Shown: positions 28,813-38,670, counted from the first letter of the stretch. The stretch: DNA of 59,635 nt from an uncultured virus (IMG/VR IMGVR_UViG_3300031851_003771) (IMGVR_UViG_3300031851_003771); one strand, 5' to 3'. Made by a program: numbers and translations. The notes: generated by a model not told the origin, from the sequence alone.

Positions 28813-31026
28813 TTACGTGTGACTCATATAGTTATTTGCTGAAATTTTTGATAATTCGTTAGTTGCTTTTTTCTGTTCACCGGAATTTTGTGACAAAATT
28901 CTAACTTGTTCTTCAAGTACTTCTATTTGTTTTTTAAGCAACTCATTGGTTTCTTGGGCTGGTGTTTTCTCTACCATAGACTTAGGATCACCATACATTG
29001 GCATAATCCTGATTTTGCTCCTGCTAGGAGTAGAACTAGTAGCAAACATACTTGTACTGCTAGGTTTAATTCCTGCTTCATCATAGGTTGATCCACTACT
29101 GCTAGATGCTTTTTTGTTAAACAACGGTTGAGCAAAATATTCACCCATTTCATTCTGGATGTAATTTTGTGTTCTTCCAACACCGTCTGGGCTTTTATTA
29201 AAAAAGTGAGTGGCCCAGCTGTCTGACGCCTTGGCATCAGGATTATTTCTACGTAACATCGCATATGCTTTTTTAAGTGCCTCAGGATTATTTTCATTTC
29301 CTTTTAGCATATCTGCTATGCTGTCATACATATCTAATTTTTTTGCATTGTCACCACCCGGCATTGCGATTGCTATACCTCTTGCTATACCAGATCCTAC
29401 TGCACCCGATAGCATACTTGAAAGTCCATCAAATATTCCTGCTATCTTAGTTCCGGCTCCGCTAAAGAAACCAACCAGTGTGTTCATTGCATTCTGCAAC
29501 ATACCAAACCCTGTGGTTTTGATCCAGTCTGCCAAACTACCTATCATATCTGATAAACTCTTGACTGTGGTGCTGAAACCATTTATCACTTCAGGAGATA
29601 GCACAGATATTAAAAGTTTATCGAATGCCGCTTTGATCTTTTCAATACCCATTCTTAATTCATTTTGTGCTTGGCCTAATTTTTCAGGATTGATATTTTT
29701 TCTAATCTCTGCCATTTGCTTAAAGGTTGTGTCATCAATTGACTCATTTAAGTTTGCAAGTTTTATCACAAACTTCGCCATTGGGTCTCCACTGATCTCT
29801 AATGCTCTTAAGAATTGTCTAGAGCTCTCATCTGTTGTGGCTATAGCTTCTCTAAATGAATCTAATGCACCTGTAACATCACCACCACTGGTTGATGCAC
29901 TCTGTAAATCTTGTAAAGCAGTCAACATCGACGGACTTACCCTTGCAAGGTCTTGACCAAATTGAGTGAACTGCATACCACCTCTACCAATACCTTCACT
30001 TAATGCTGTTGTAAGTTGTCCACCTGCTTCTTCTCCAAATGCGGCCAACCCAGCGAAAGCTGTTTGACTTGATTGTAATGCTTGTCCTCTTAGATTGGTT
30101 GGTAGCATCTGTAAAGCATTTGTAAACGATTCTATTTGACTTGCTTGTATTGTCATATTTCTAATGACATCATTTGATACATTTAATAATCTTGTGAACG
30201 CCTGTGTTGTTTGTAAAACATTGGTTGTCGTTTGTGCTATTGCCATTGACGTTGCTGAACTGTCAAAACCTAACTGTCTTAATATATCTGCCGACTCGGC
30301 AGTGGCCGCCGCAAGTTCTTGGTTACTCAATCCTAAATAGCTCTGGCTTTTGGTTAAATTTTGTACGCCAACTATAGCACTGCTCATTGTACCGGTTCCA
30401 AATTCACCGGCCGTTGTAGCAAACTCTTGCATCAGTTCAGAGAAGTTATCTAAACTCAGTGAAGCATCTGCCGCCTGTGCCGCAAATGAAGTAACGCCTC
30501 CGGACAGACCTTGCTCACCTTGTATATCAAAACCTCTTCTAAATAATGTGTTGTCTAACTGTCCTAGTTTTAAGAAAAATTTAGTTGCCGCAATAATTCC
30601 GCTTGCCAATCCTGCCAATCCTGCAGTCACTGGATTTAGGAATTTTGAGAATTTAGATAAACCGCCAAACAAACCAGGAAACACACCTCCACTGCCGCCG
30701 GTGGCCGCAAGTGCTTTGTTTACTATGCCTTGCTGTTTACCATTCTTTGAAAGTTGTTCTTCAACTTTCTTTAGCTTTTCTAGATGATTCTTATTGTGTT
30801 TCTTTTCCGATTGTGCTTCTGCTGTACCTTGCTTTACTTGTACTGTTTCTTTATCTAATATTGCTTTTAATGATTTTCTGATAGATTCATTAGTTCCTGC
30901 AGTTTTTTTAGCGTCAACACCTAATGCTCTTGCTACCTTTATTAGGTCCTGCATAGAACGGTCATACGCAAATTCTGGTATTTCTATCTGTTTTCCGTCT
31001 ACATTTATTACTACTGTGTCTGCCAT
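28813..31026 (-). CDS. Tape measure protein (putative)
   Basis: About 737 aa, helical and A/G/S/L-rich with hydrophobic stretches; divergent from a chaperone-like gene; start moved to MADTVVINVDG at 31026. Confidence 0.75.
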   Translation of the reverse strand: MADTVVINVDGKQIEIPEFAYDRSMQDLIKVARALGVDAKKTAGTNESIRKSLKAILDKETVQVKQGTAEAQSEKKHNKNHLEKLKKVEEQLSKNGKQQGIVNKALAATGGSGGVFPGLFGGLSKFSKFLNPVTAGLAGLASGIIAATKFFLKLGQLDNTLFRRGFDIQGEQGLSGGVTSFAAQAADASLSLDNFSELMQEFATTAGEFGTGTMSSAIVGVQNLTKSQSYLGLSNQELAAATAESADILRQLGFDSSATSMAIAQTTTNVLQTTQAFTRLLNVSNDVIRNMTIQASQIESFTNALQMLPTNLRGQALQSSQTAFAGLAAFGEEAGGQLTTALSEGIGRGGMQFTQFGQDLARVSPSMLTALQDLQSASTSGGDVTGALDSFREAIATTDESSRQFLRALEISGDPMAKFVIKLANLNESIDDTTFKQMAEIRKNINPEKLGQAQNELRMGIEKIKAAFDKLLISVLSPEVINGFSTTVKSLSDMIGSLADWIKTTGFGMLQNAMNTLVGFFSGAGTKIAGIFDGLSSMLSGAVGSGIARGIAIAMPGGDNAKKLDMYDSIADMLKGNENNPEALKKAYAMLRRNNPDAKASDSWATHFFNKSPDGVGRTQNYIQNEMGEYFAQPLFNKKASSSSGSTYDEAGIKPSSTSMFATSSTPSRSKIRIMPMYGDPKSMVEKTPAQETNELLKKQIEVLEEQVRILSQNSGEQKKATNELSKISANNYMSHT

Positions 31027-31130
31027 TGATAAATAATTAAGTACGTACTTAAAGACTCCTATAAATATTGTTCTAATAATATTTATATGGTTAATAATAT
31101 ACGCAGTTAAAAAATTAACAAGGAACAAAA

Positions 31131-31967
31131 ATGAGCGAAGAAATTAAACAAAACCCGTTAAAGCAGTTTTACAGAGCTCCAAAGTTATACGTGAATTTAC
31201 CGTCAAGAGGTAAGTTTAACGATGTCGTTGATGAATCAATGACTGGTGAAATTTCTGTGTATGCTATGACTAGTAAAGACGAACTATTGATGAAAAACCC
31301 TGATGCATTGCTTAATGGCGACGCAGTTGTTGAGGCAATAAGAAGCTGTGCACCAAGCGTCAAGGATCCAAAAAATCTTCCAGTCTGCGATGTGGACTTA
31401 TTACTGATTGCTATACGTATGGCCACGTTTGGTGAATTTATGGAAGCAAAATTAAAATCTCCTCACACCGGAAAACTTGGTACTTACGACATCAACCTCA
31501 ATAACATTGTTGAAGGTGTTGGTGAAATACCTGCAGAAAATAATGTAACACTAGCTAACGGTTGTACAGTTTACGTCAAACCGTTCACATATGAATTGCA
31601 AACGCAAATAAATTTAGTTGCATACGATCAAGCAACTGCACTTAAAAACGTAGGTGAAGTAAGCAGTTCAAGTGCTCAACAGTTCAAACAGATGTTTACT
31701 AAACTTTCAGAAATTAACACCGACGTCATTGGAAAGAGCATTTATAAAGTAATGACACCAGATGGTGCAAGTGTTGTTGATGCTACGCAAATCAAAGAAT
31801 TTTTAGCAAACCTAGAAACCAAAGACGCAAAAATAATCGATGGCAAGATCGATGATCTAAACAAATCAGGTACTAACTTCAAACAACAAATTATTTGTAA
31901 AGAAACAGAAAAACCGTTCGAAGCTGATATCAAATTGGATCCATCGGATTTTTTCGTCAATTCCTAA
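31131..31967 (+). CDS. Baseplate hub / tail assembly chaperone (gp26-like)
   Basis: NPLKQFYRAPKLYVNLPS.G, MTSKDELLMKNPDALLNG, DVDLLLIAIRMAT; ends ...DFFVNS. Confidence 0.8.
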   Translation: MSEEIKQNPLKQFYRAPKLYVNLPSRGKFNDVVDESMTGEISVYAMTSKDELLMKNPDALLNGDAVVEAIRSCAPSVKDPKNLPVCDVDLLLIAIRMATFGEFMEAKLKSPHTGKLGTYDINLNNIVEGVGEIPAENNVTLANGCTVYVKPFTYELQTQINLVAYDQATALKNVGEVSSSSAQQFKQMFTKLSEINTDVIGKSIYKVMTPDGASVVDATQIKEFLANLETKDAKIIDGKIDDLNKSGTNFKQQIICKETEKPFEADIKLDPSDFFVNS

Positions 31968-32185
31968 TCACATCCGATCCTTCTGAGATACAAGCCTATT
32001 TCCAAGAAATGGCCGAAGAAGCCAACGGTATCAGAAAAAGCATAACAGAGATATGTTGGTATATGAGAGGATCTGTGAGTTATGAACAGGCCTGGGCATT
32101 GACATACGAAGACAAAAAAATAATACACGAATTCCTCAAAGACAATATGGAACGTTTCAAGGGTTCTATGAGCCCTGTGGTATAA
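31955..32185 (+). CDS. gp51-like segment, probably translated by -1 frameshift from the gp26-like gene (alternative ATG at 32009, 58 aa)
   Basis: The -1 frame after T TTT TTC (31949-31955) reads RQFLITSDPSEIQAYFQEMAEEANGIRKSITEICWYMRGSVSYEQAWALTYEDKK...SPVV* to TAA 32183-32185. Missing from the ORF track. Confidence 0.75.
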   Translation, partial: RQFLITSDPSEIQAYFQEMAEEANGIRKSITEICWYMRGSVSYEQAWALTYEDKKIIHEFLKDNMERFKGSMSPVV

Positions 32186-32509
32186 TTATAAGAATCTCGA
32201 GAGTGCGAACATCAAAGATCCTGTTATGGCAGAACCTATCGCCATCGCTGTCCAGAAACCATACGTCGGCATAATATAAACGAACATCGGAAAGAACAAC
32301 AAGCTCACTAGCACGAAGTAGACTGTATGCACACTGATCGTTTTGAAAGTCTGCACGTCGACACCTGCATAATACATAAAGACAAAAGACACGAAACTGG
32401 CCAAAGGTATACCTAACACAAACGCACCGATGGTCGGATATCTCTCAGACACCGTACTCACTGTGGCGATTATTATACCACCTATTATCGCTTTGATTAT
32501 GAATTCCAT
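32186..32509 (-). CDS. Small multi-pass membrane protein (DUF3147/GlpM-like)
   Basis: Four hydrophobic segments; KAIIGGIIIATVS...GAFVLGIPLAS; TAAGTA-N5-ATG. Confidence 0.7.
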   Translation of the reverse strand: MEFIIKAIIGGIIIATVSTVSERYPTIGAFVLGIPLASFVSFVFMYYAGVDVQTFKTISVHTVYFVLVSLLFFPMFVYIMPTYGFWTAMAIGSAITGSLMFALSRFL

Positions 32510-32699
32510 ACTAGTACTTATTTTGATCAGTCAGAGTTGTGTCCAATATATTATGATATCACTTTGTCTACGTAGGAATAGAACTAAAGTTCCATTGTAC
32601 AACGCTCTGCGTTAGTTTCTTTAAGAGTTATTATTGTTCTTTGTATTAGAAATTTTATAAACTAGATCATTATACCTTGTATGTGTTTTATTATTTGTA

Positions 32700-33065
32700 T
32701 ACCTATTACCTGGATTTGGCCATACTTCACCCGTTGCCGGGTGAAGGGACCTTTGATATATTACCAGAGATCGTCATACTAACTTGCGGAACCTAAAGAG
32801 GCGGTTGGCCGGTACCCCTATCATTCCTACTTCATCCAACGGAACCCACACATACCCAAAGTTAGCTGTTTATGTGTAAGCTAATGGTTGCATTCTTTTT
32901 CTAGCAGAGCCATTGTCATTTGTGCCTGAGTTAACACTTGCCTTGCGACGCTGAGTTCACCACCTTTTACTTCGGCGCATTGTCAGGATCTTCCGATCAA
33001 ATTGAGTCGCTATGTATTGCCTGAGTTTATTCTGTCGATGTTTGCCTGTATTTGCCCTATGCTGT
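32700..33065 (-). ncRNA. Candidate structured non-coding RNA of unknown family
   Basis: No credible ORF; about 50% GC by spot count; GNRA-capped hairpins on the minus strand; a possible pseudoknot; upstream promoter-like sequence. Confidence 0.55.
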
Positions 33066-33067
33066 GT

Positions 33068-33096
33068 AAATTATACTAAAACAACGTTATGGTCAA
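33068..33096 (-). promoter_or_regulatory. sigma70-like promoter pointing into the non-coding element
   Basis: TTGACC (33091-33096) with TATAAT at 15 nt or TAATTT at 17 nt spacing. Confidence 0.55.
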
Positions 33097-33151
33097 CCTT
33101 TTTTTTATTTTTTGTTTGCTCTTGTTAAAAAAGTGTTATACAATAAGCATT

Positions 33152-33634
33152 ATGAACGGTAAAGAAAGCAAGGTAAGTACCAGTATGCATTGGACGTATC
33201 ACGGTGAAAAAGTAGAAGAAATGCCAGAAGGTGTAGAAGCATTTGTGTATTTGATAACAAATCTCAATAACAATATGAAATACATAGGAAAGAAATTGGC
33301 AAAATTCAAGACAACAAAACCACCTCTAAAAGGCAAGAAGAATAAAAGGCGTGGAACAAAAGAATCAGACTGGAAGGACTATTGGGGGAGCTCAGATAGA
33401 CTTCAAGAAGACGTTGCACAACTAGGTGAAGACAAGTTCTCAAGACAAATATTACATTATTGTCCAAGCAGAGGTATCGCAAGTTATCTAGAAGCCAGAG
33501 AACAGTTTGAACGCAGAGTGTTAGAAAGAGATGATTACTATAATGGTATCATTAATGTAAGAATTGGCGGTTCAAAAATTTTAAAAGAACATTTAAAGAA
33601 TATTAAGGTTGAAAAACAAAGTGACAACACTTAA
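33152..33634 (+). CDS. GIY-YIG family endonuclease-like protein (Seg-like)
   Basis: AFVYLITNLNNNMKYIGKK, YWGSS, YLEAREQF, YYNG. TTGCTC-17-TACAAT lies 7 nt before ATG 33152; alternative ATG 33185 has TAAGTA-N5. Confidence 0.85.
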   Translation: MNGKESKVSTSMHWTYHGEKVEEMPEGVEAFVYLITNLNNNMKYIGKKLAKFKTTKPPLKGKKNKRRGTKESDWKDYWGSSDRLQEDVAQLGEDKFSRQILHYCPSRGIASYLEAREQFERRVLERDDYYNGIINVRIGGSKILKEHLKNIKVEKQSDNT

Positions 33635-34781
33635 AGACTTCAGTTTAATAATAGTCAAGAATGAACCTTTGCTGAATAGTATTAAGGATTATTTCTACGA
33701 AAATCTTTTGTATGATCTTAATGAAAATAATGTACACATAATAGATATGAATAACTTGTATGATTGTTTGCAAAAAAAAGTGCAAACAAAATACGCAGTT
33801 GTAATACAAGAAGGAATATTCTTTTTCCAGCACCTCGACGATAATTTTTTAAAAACTGTAATATCCAACATAGAAGATTACACATTAATAGGTCACATCC
33901 TAGATCGTAAAGAAAGATATTACCAAGTTCATCAACAACAGTTCATATTGAATGTCAATGACTGGAAGAAAGCAAACTGCCCAGATTTTAATCGCACTCA
34001 ATCAGATCAACTTACAGTGATAAAAAGATCCACAGATAATTTTCACGACGACTATACTCCATTGTGGATAGAACAAACTAAAGATGTTACAAAAAGCGAT
34101 AAATTAAAATTTGGTGGATATGTAATAAGTGAATTGCTAAAACACAATTTCAAAGTGCGTCCATTTAGCGAAGACGAAAGACACGTTAAAAAATTTGTTT
34201 ATTATGACATCGATGAACAAGTAAAACATATGCTAGGATATGAACAGATAAATCCTCATTCTTACTATTATCCATTATCTACAGCAACCCGTATAACGCA
34301 GTTTACAAAAAAACACACAAACTACATTTCAGTTGCTAATGGAGTTGAAAGTTTAAAAAAACTAATCAACGTCTATGAAAATGTAAAGACTATTACATTT
34401 TATGATATATCTATAACTGCACTGATATTCACAGAACTGTTAATAAAGAATTTTAGCAAAGATTATAAAAAGTTTGTGCAAGATTTTGATAGAATAGGTG
34501 GACAACAATGGTCCACACTAAACGGTCAATATGAAAAGTTAGATGAATATGATGTCAGCACATTAACTCCAATACTAAAACATATCAGAGAAAACGTTGA
34601 CGTCAGGTATTGCATAGGTGATATAACTAGACCTTCCATAGTTGACAAGGTCAACGAACACACATTAATAAATCTGTCTAACGTATTCGACTACAATCAT
34701 AATTTAATTAGAAAATCAGAATATGCTGATTGGTGCAATAGAATTACTAATAGTTCTTTTGATTTTGAAGTTTTGCGTTAA
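33609..34781 (+). CDS. Hypothetical protein
   Basis: 390-aa ORF overlapping the upstream gene end; start uncertain (TTG/GTG); no motif confidently recognised. Confidence 0.75.
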   Translation: MKNKVTTLKDFSLIIVKNEPLLNSIKDYFYENLLYDLNENNVHIIDMNNLYDCLQKKVQTKYAVVIQEGIFFFQHLDDNFLKTVISNIEDYTLIGHILDRKERYYQVHQQQFILNVNDWKKANCPDFNRTQSDQLTVIKRSTDNFHDDYTPLWIEQTKDVTKSDKLKFGGYVISELLKHNFKVRPFSEDERHVKKFVYYDIDEQVKHMLGYEQINPHSYYYPLSTATRITQFTKKHTNYISVANGVESLKKLINVYENVKTITFYDISITALIFTELLIKNFSKDYKKFVQDFDRIGGQQWSTLNGQYEKLDEYDVSTLTPILKHIRENVDVRYCIGDITRPSIVDKVNEHTLINLSNVFDYNHNLIRKSEYADWCNRITNSSFDFEVLR

Positions 34782-34782
34782 C

Positions 34783-35145
34783 TTATTTTAATTTTAATAG
34801 ATATATTGTTTGGTTGATACTAGTAATCATATCGTCTATTTGGTCTTTGATATCATCATATGAAATAGTTTTACTAAATTCTTCGTATGCATCTCTCAAT
34901 GATACGGCACTTTCTATAACACTTTCGACGTCGGTATAATCAACCAGTTCCACTGAACCTTGATCTACTTTAATATTTCCAAGTCTACCAGACCAAGTTT
35001 CAACTAGTCCGTCTAGTATACCTGTTATGCTGTCATAGAACTTTCCTAATGCTTCGTGTTGTGCATAGCTGTTAGTTTGCCAATGGTAATATCTTAATTG
35101 ATTACCGTATTCAAGGGTATATCGTACTAATTGTTCAAATTTCAT
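34783..35145 (-). CDS. Ferritin/Dps-like four-helix protein (DUF5856-like)
   Basis: HWQTNSYAQHEALGKFYD...DGLVE metal-ligand pattern; C-terminal YLLKLK. Confidence 0.75.
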   Translation of the reverse strand: MKFEQLVRYTLEYGNQLRYYHWQTNSYAQHEALGKFYDSITGILDGLVETWSGRLGNIKVDQGSVELVDYTDVESVIESAVSLRDAYEEFSKTISYDDIKDQIDDMITSINQTIYLLKLK

Positions 35146-35825
35146 TTTGTTGCTCCTAAATTACAATGGTATTTATTCCATCCTTGCTCTAACATAGGCA
35201 AAAACTTTCTTTTGTCTTTTCTGCCGTGTGCAATGACGTGTAATCTAGACTCATTACTACGATTCCACACTGAATGTGGTTGTCCTACATCTATTAAAAA
35301 TGCACTTCCATTTGTAAAAGGAATAGTGCCATAATTCTTATATCTAAACTCACATTCATTAGGATTATATATTGATATGTTTATTGGATTTAAGCATCTT
35401 TGTTGGTTATCCTGGTGAGGTAGTATATAACCACCTGGTTCCACCCACATAAATCGTAATCTTTTAAAATATTGGTAAGGAAATTGTTCTTTAAAAAATT
35501 TGGTAGTTACAGGACATTGCTCGGATATGCTAGTCCATTTATATTCAGGTTCGGTTTCGAATTGTTTATCATAATACATCCAGTCATTGGTGTATTCACT
35601 ATCAATTCCGTGTAAACAACAACTTAACCATTTTCCTTTGCCTTCATCGTCTCTATGCACGACACATTGATCTTTCACTGCTAGTGCTTCTTTGTGTATT
35701 TGTTGCCAAGGAATATCCAAATCTAACCTAACATAAGGAACAGTAGTATCTTCCTGTAGCCAGTCCCATATGTCTTTGTTGTTGTAGTTTGGTGTAAAAT
35801 GTTCTTGTAAAAAATCTTGATCCAT
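35142..35825 (-). CDS. 2OG-Fe(II) oxygenase, Asp/Asn beta-hydroxylase-like
   Basis: RLRFMWVEPGGYILPHQD (HxD) ... HSVWN ... RLH. Confidence 0.85.
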   Translation of the reverse strand: MDQDFLQEHFTPNYNNKDIWDWLQEDTTVPYVRLDLDIPWQQIHKEALAVKDQCVVHRDDEGKGKWLSCCLHGIDSEYTNDWMYYDKQFETEPEYKWTSISEQCPVTTKFFKEQFPYQYFKRLRFMWVEPGGYILPHQDNQQRCLNPINISIYNPNECEFRYKNYGTIPFTNGSAFLIDVGQPHSVWNRSNESRLHVIAHGRKDKRKFLPMLEQGWNKYHCNLGATK

Positions 35826-35833
35826 ACTTGTAT

Positions 35834-37615
35834 TTAATGGATACTAACGACCTCGAAATCTTTACCAAAGGAAGTAAAGCCGTTTTCCTTGACAACATTC
35901 ATAATGCTGTTTACTCTACCGGTTAGTTCGTCTTTGTGTGAAATCAAGAATACGTTTTTGTGTCTTTCTCTAGTCATCTTTTTAAGAATGGCCATACTTG
36001 CTTCAACACCTTGTGTATCCATACCACTATCGATCAACTCATCTATGAACAATAAATTAATTGGACTGTTTGTTGATTCAAATATATCTCTGAATGCCCA
36101 ACTTAAACCAAGTATAAGTCTGTTACGTTCACCTCTGCTTAAATTATCAAAGTCTAGTTCTCTTCCTAGCTCTGTAATTTCAACACTTAGATCTGATCTA
36201 AATATAACTTCGTGTGGTAGACCCAAATCTTCTAGGTAATGATTTAGTCTTCCATTTAAGTATGCAAGGTTTTGATCTATAATTTTCTTTCTAATGAACG
36301 AATCTTTGCTCGTCAATAATCTGTACAAGAATTCTTGGTGTTCTTTGAGTTTAGTCAAGCTATTGATCATCCCGTAATCGATCTGCTCAATATTGGAATC
36401 TCTCAATGTTTCAATTTGTTCTATGTGCGGATTCTCTTCGCCTTTGATCCTATCGTGATCATTGACAAGATTATCTAAATTTTGTTTGTGTTTATATGCA
36501 TCATCGTGATCACTGTATGAAGTTACAGGTTGCACTCCAGGATCCCCTACATCTACTATACGTTTTTCAGTGTGTGCAATAGACTCTTGTAGCTGTTTTA
36601 AGCTGTCTGTGTGGGTATCAATGCTTTGTTTGGTACTAGACATTATCTTTTCGTGTGATGTGTTGTCGTGTATCTTTTGTTCACACATTGGACAAGTTTT
36701 TTCTTCAAGTGCTGTTAGGTTTTCATTTAACTTTTCTACTTGACTGGTTAAATTGTTGCTTTCTCTGACATCATAATCAAGTTGTTTCTTTAAACCTAAA
36801 ATCTCTTGTTGTTTTTCTTTCCAATCATTGAGTTGTTTGTGCTGTTCTAGTTCGTGTTCTACATCAATTTGTTTTAGTTCTGTAATTGCAGTTGAAAGTT
36901 CTCTCAACTTCTTATCGTGCTGATCTTCCCACGCAGTACTTTTAATTTTAAAATTACGAATTGTACCTTCTATTTTTTCATTACTTGACTTAACAGCATC
37001 TATACGTAGCTCTTCGCCTTTGATATCTTCTTTAGTTAATCTAATTTGTTCTTTTAACCTATCAGACTTATTAGATAGTTGTGTAATGCCTAGTAGCTCT
37101 TCTATAACTTCTCTTTGTTCTGTTGGCTTCATCGCCAAGAAAGGCATATTGTAAGTGTTAAGAGCAATTACATTTTTAAACAATGCGTGACTCATTCCAA
37201 ACACACGATTAATTTCATCTTGTGTTAATCTGTTTTCACCTTGTGCTTCGTCTGTATCTTTTTCGTTTACAACTTCATCATCAACTATAAACTTAAAATG
37301 ATTTGGCTTTCTGCCTCTTTCAATTCTGTAACTGTGGCCATTTACTTCAAACTCTAAACTAACGTTCATACCTTTTTGGTTGGTTTTATTAATCAAGTTA
37401 TCACGCTTGATGTTAGTAATAGCATCACCGAATAAACAAAAACTTAATGCGTTAATGATAGTAGTCTTACCAGTACCATTTCTAGAACCTTCACCGCCGA
37501 GGTCTAGATTATTACCCAGCACTAAAGTAAGCCCAGGTTGATCTAGTTTAACTACCTGTGTGGCGGCTCCTACACTCATAAAGTTCTTGATTGTTAGTGT
37601 CTTTAATTTTATCAT
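35834..37615 (-). CDS. Recombination ATPase subunit (gp46 / SbcC-Rad50-like)
   Basis: KNFMSVG, Walker A NGTGKTT, Zn-hook CPMC, signature LSRGE, Walker B LFIDE, ISH. Confidence 0.96.
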   Translation of the reverse strand: MIKLKTLTIKNFMSVGAATQVVKLDQPGLTLVLGNNLDLGGEGSRNGTGKTTIINALSFCLFGDAITNIKRDNLINKTNQKGMNVSLEFEVNGHSYRIERGRKPNHFKFIVDDEVVNEKDTDEAQGENRLTQDEINRVFGMSHALFKNVIALNTYNMPFLAMKPTEQREVIEELLGITQLSNKSDRLKEQIRLTKEDIKGEELRIDAVKSSNEKIEGTIRNFKIKSTAWEDQHDKKLRELSTAITELKQIDVEHELEQHKQLNDWKEKQQEILGLKKQLDYDVRESNNLTSQVEKLNENLTALEEKTCPMCEQKIHDNTSHEKIMSSTKQSIDTHTDSLKQLQESIAHTEKRIVDVGDPGVQPVTSYSDHDDAYKHKQNLDNLVNDHDRIKGEENPHIEQIETLRDSNIEQIDYGMINSLTKLKEHQEFLYRLLTSKDSFIRKKIIDQNLAYLNGRLNHYLEDLGLPHEVIFRSDLSVEITELGRELDFDNLSRGERNRLILGLSWAFRDIFESTNSPINLLFIDELIDSGMDTQGVEASMAILKKMTRERHKNVFLISHKDELTGRVNSIMNVVKENGFTSFGKDFEVVSIH

Positions 37616-38616
37616 AGTCTGTTATAAATCTCTATCAGTACTGAATTATCAAATGTGTCTGATTCAATATTTTTAAGTTGATCTAATACAATTTCATCAA
37701 CTGTTTGAAACTTAATCTCACCTTGAAATTCTATTTCATCATCTATTTCTTTGTGTGGTAATAAACTAATCTCTCTTAAACTGTAAGTGTTTTGAAAGTT
37801 TTCTTTTATAAAATTTGCTTCTTCGTAAGTAATATCAATGTCAATTTTAACTCTTACATTTGTTTCTGGCTCTAGGAATTCATCTGGTGCCTCGAGTAAC
37901 TTACTTAATGGAATAGTTCTATACTTTGGACCAGCTGACCATATCTGATACTTGGGTGGTTTATCCCATTCGAGCATCATACATCCACGATCATTGTCCC
38001 AAGCATCTGCATAATTGTGTGCAAAAGGATTACCTATATATGTAACATTGCCTTTTGTTTGACGTTTATGGAAATGTCCAGTGAACACGTGACCAACCTT
38101 ATCAAAATGTCCTGCGTTTAATTCACCGTGGTCTGGCATTTCTACCATAGCATTCATTTTAAAGTTAGGAAGCTCAAAGTGACCAAACATATATTTGGCT
38201 TTTATATTTTTAACTTTTTTCCACTCATTACCAATTAACCAAGGAACTAGTGCTACATCATCTTTAACTACAATTTCATCGATGACTTTTACTTTGGGTA
38301 TTTCTTGAGCGAACACCACCGAAGATATTTCACGTTTATCTCTATAAAACAAATCGTGATTACCTACCAAAAAATAAGTCTGATCAAATGCTTCACTCAA
38401 ACGTTTGAGATTAGAGATCGAGTAGTTGAGTGTGCTTATATTGATAGATGATCTATGGTGATGCCAGTCGCCCAGAAAGATGCAAGTCTCTGCACCAAAT
38501 TTTTTTGCTTCGTCGATAAACCACTTGACAAAGTCTTCACAATCATTGTTGTGTTGCCTTGAATTGTTTTTCAATCCAAAGTGAATATCTGTAAAACAGG
38601 CCGCTTTTTTAAACAT
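37612..38616 (-). CDS. Recombination nuclease subunit (gp47 / SbcD-Mre11-like)
   Basis: Metallophosphoesterase motifs DIHFG, GDWHH, GNHD, GHF, GHFH. Confidence 0.96.
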   Translation of the reverse strand: MFKKAACFTDIHFGLKNNSRQHNNDCEDFVKWFIDEAKKFGAETCIFLGDWHHHRSSINISTLNYSISNLKRLSEAFDQTYFLVGNHDLFYRDKREISSVVFAQEIPKVKVIDEIVVKDDVALVPWLIGNEWKKVKNIKAKYMFGHFELPNFKMNAMVEMPDHGELNAGHFDKVGHVFTGHFHKRQTKGNVTYIGNPFAHNYADAWDNDRGCMMLEWDKPPKYQIWSAGPKYRTIPLSKLLEAPDEFLEPETNVRVKIDIDITYEEANFIKENFQNTYSLREISLLPHKEIDDEIEFQGEIKFQTVDEIVLDQLKNIESDTFDNSVLIEIYNRL

Positions 38617-38641
38617 ATATAAATCTCAAACTTTGATTATT

Positions 38642-38670
38642 ATTATACTACTTTTTTGGATAATTGTCAA
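38642..38670 (-). promoter_or_regulatory. Consensus sigma70 promoter for gp47-gp46
   Basis: TTGACA-17 nt-TATAAT, overlapping the 3' end of gp55. Confidence 0.8.

Noticed and set aside
31027..31128. ORF-track N-terminal extensions (31128, 25259, 22248, 26538, 46909, 45961, 45431, 44805, 33089)
   Set aside because: They run through promoters, terminators or the riboswitch; downstream ATGs have SD or promoter support.
32700..33065. tmRNA, RNase P RNA, tRNA or group I/II intron identity for the structured region
   Set aside because: I could not find the tmRNA/tRNA acceptor and T-arm ends, the RNase P GAGGAAAGUCC motif or a group II domain V, and the element does not interrupt a gene. A divergent member cannot be excluded without cmscan.
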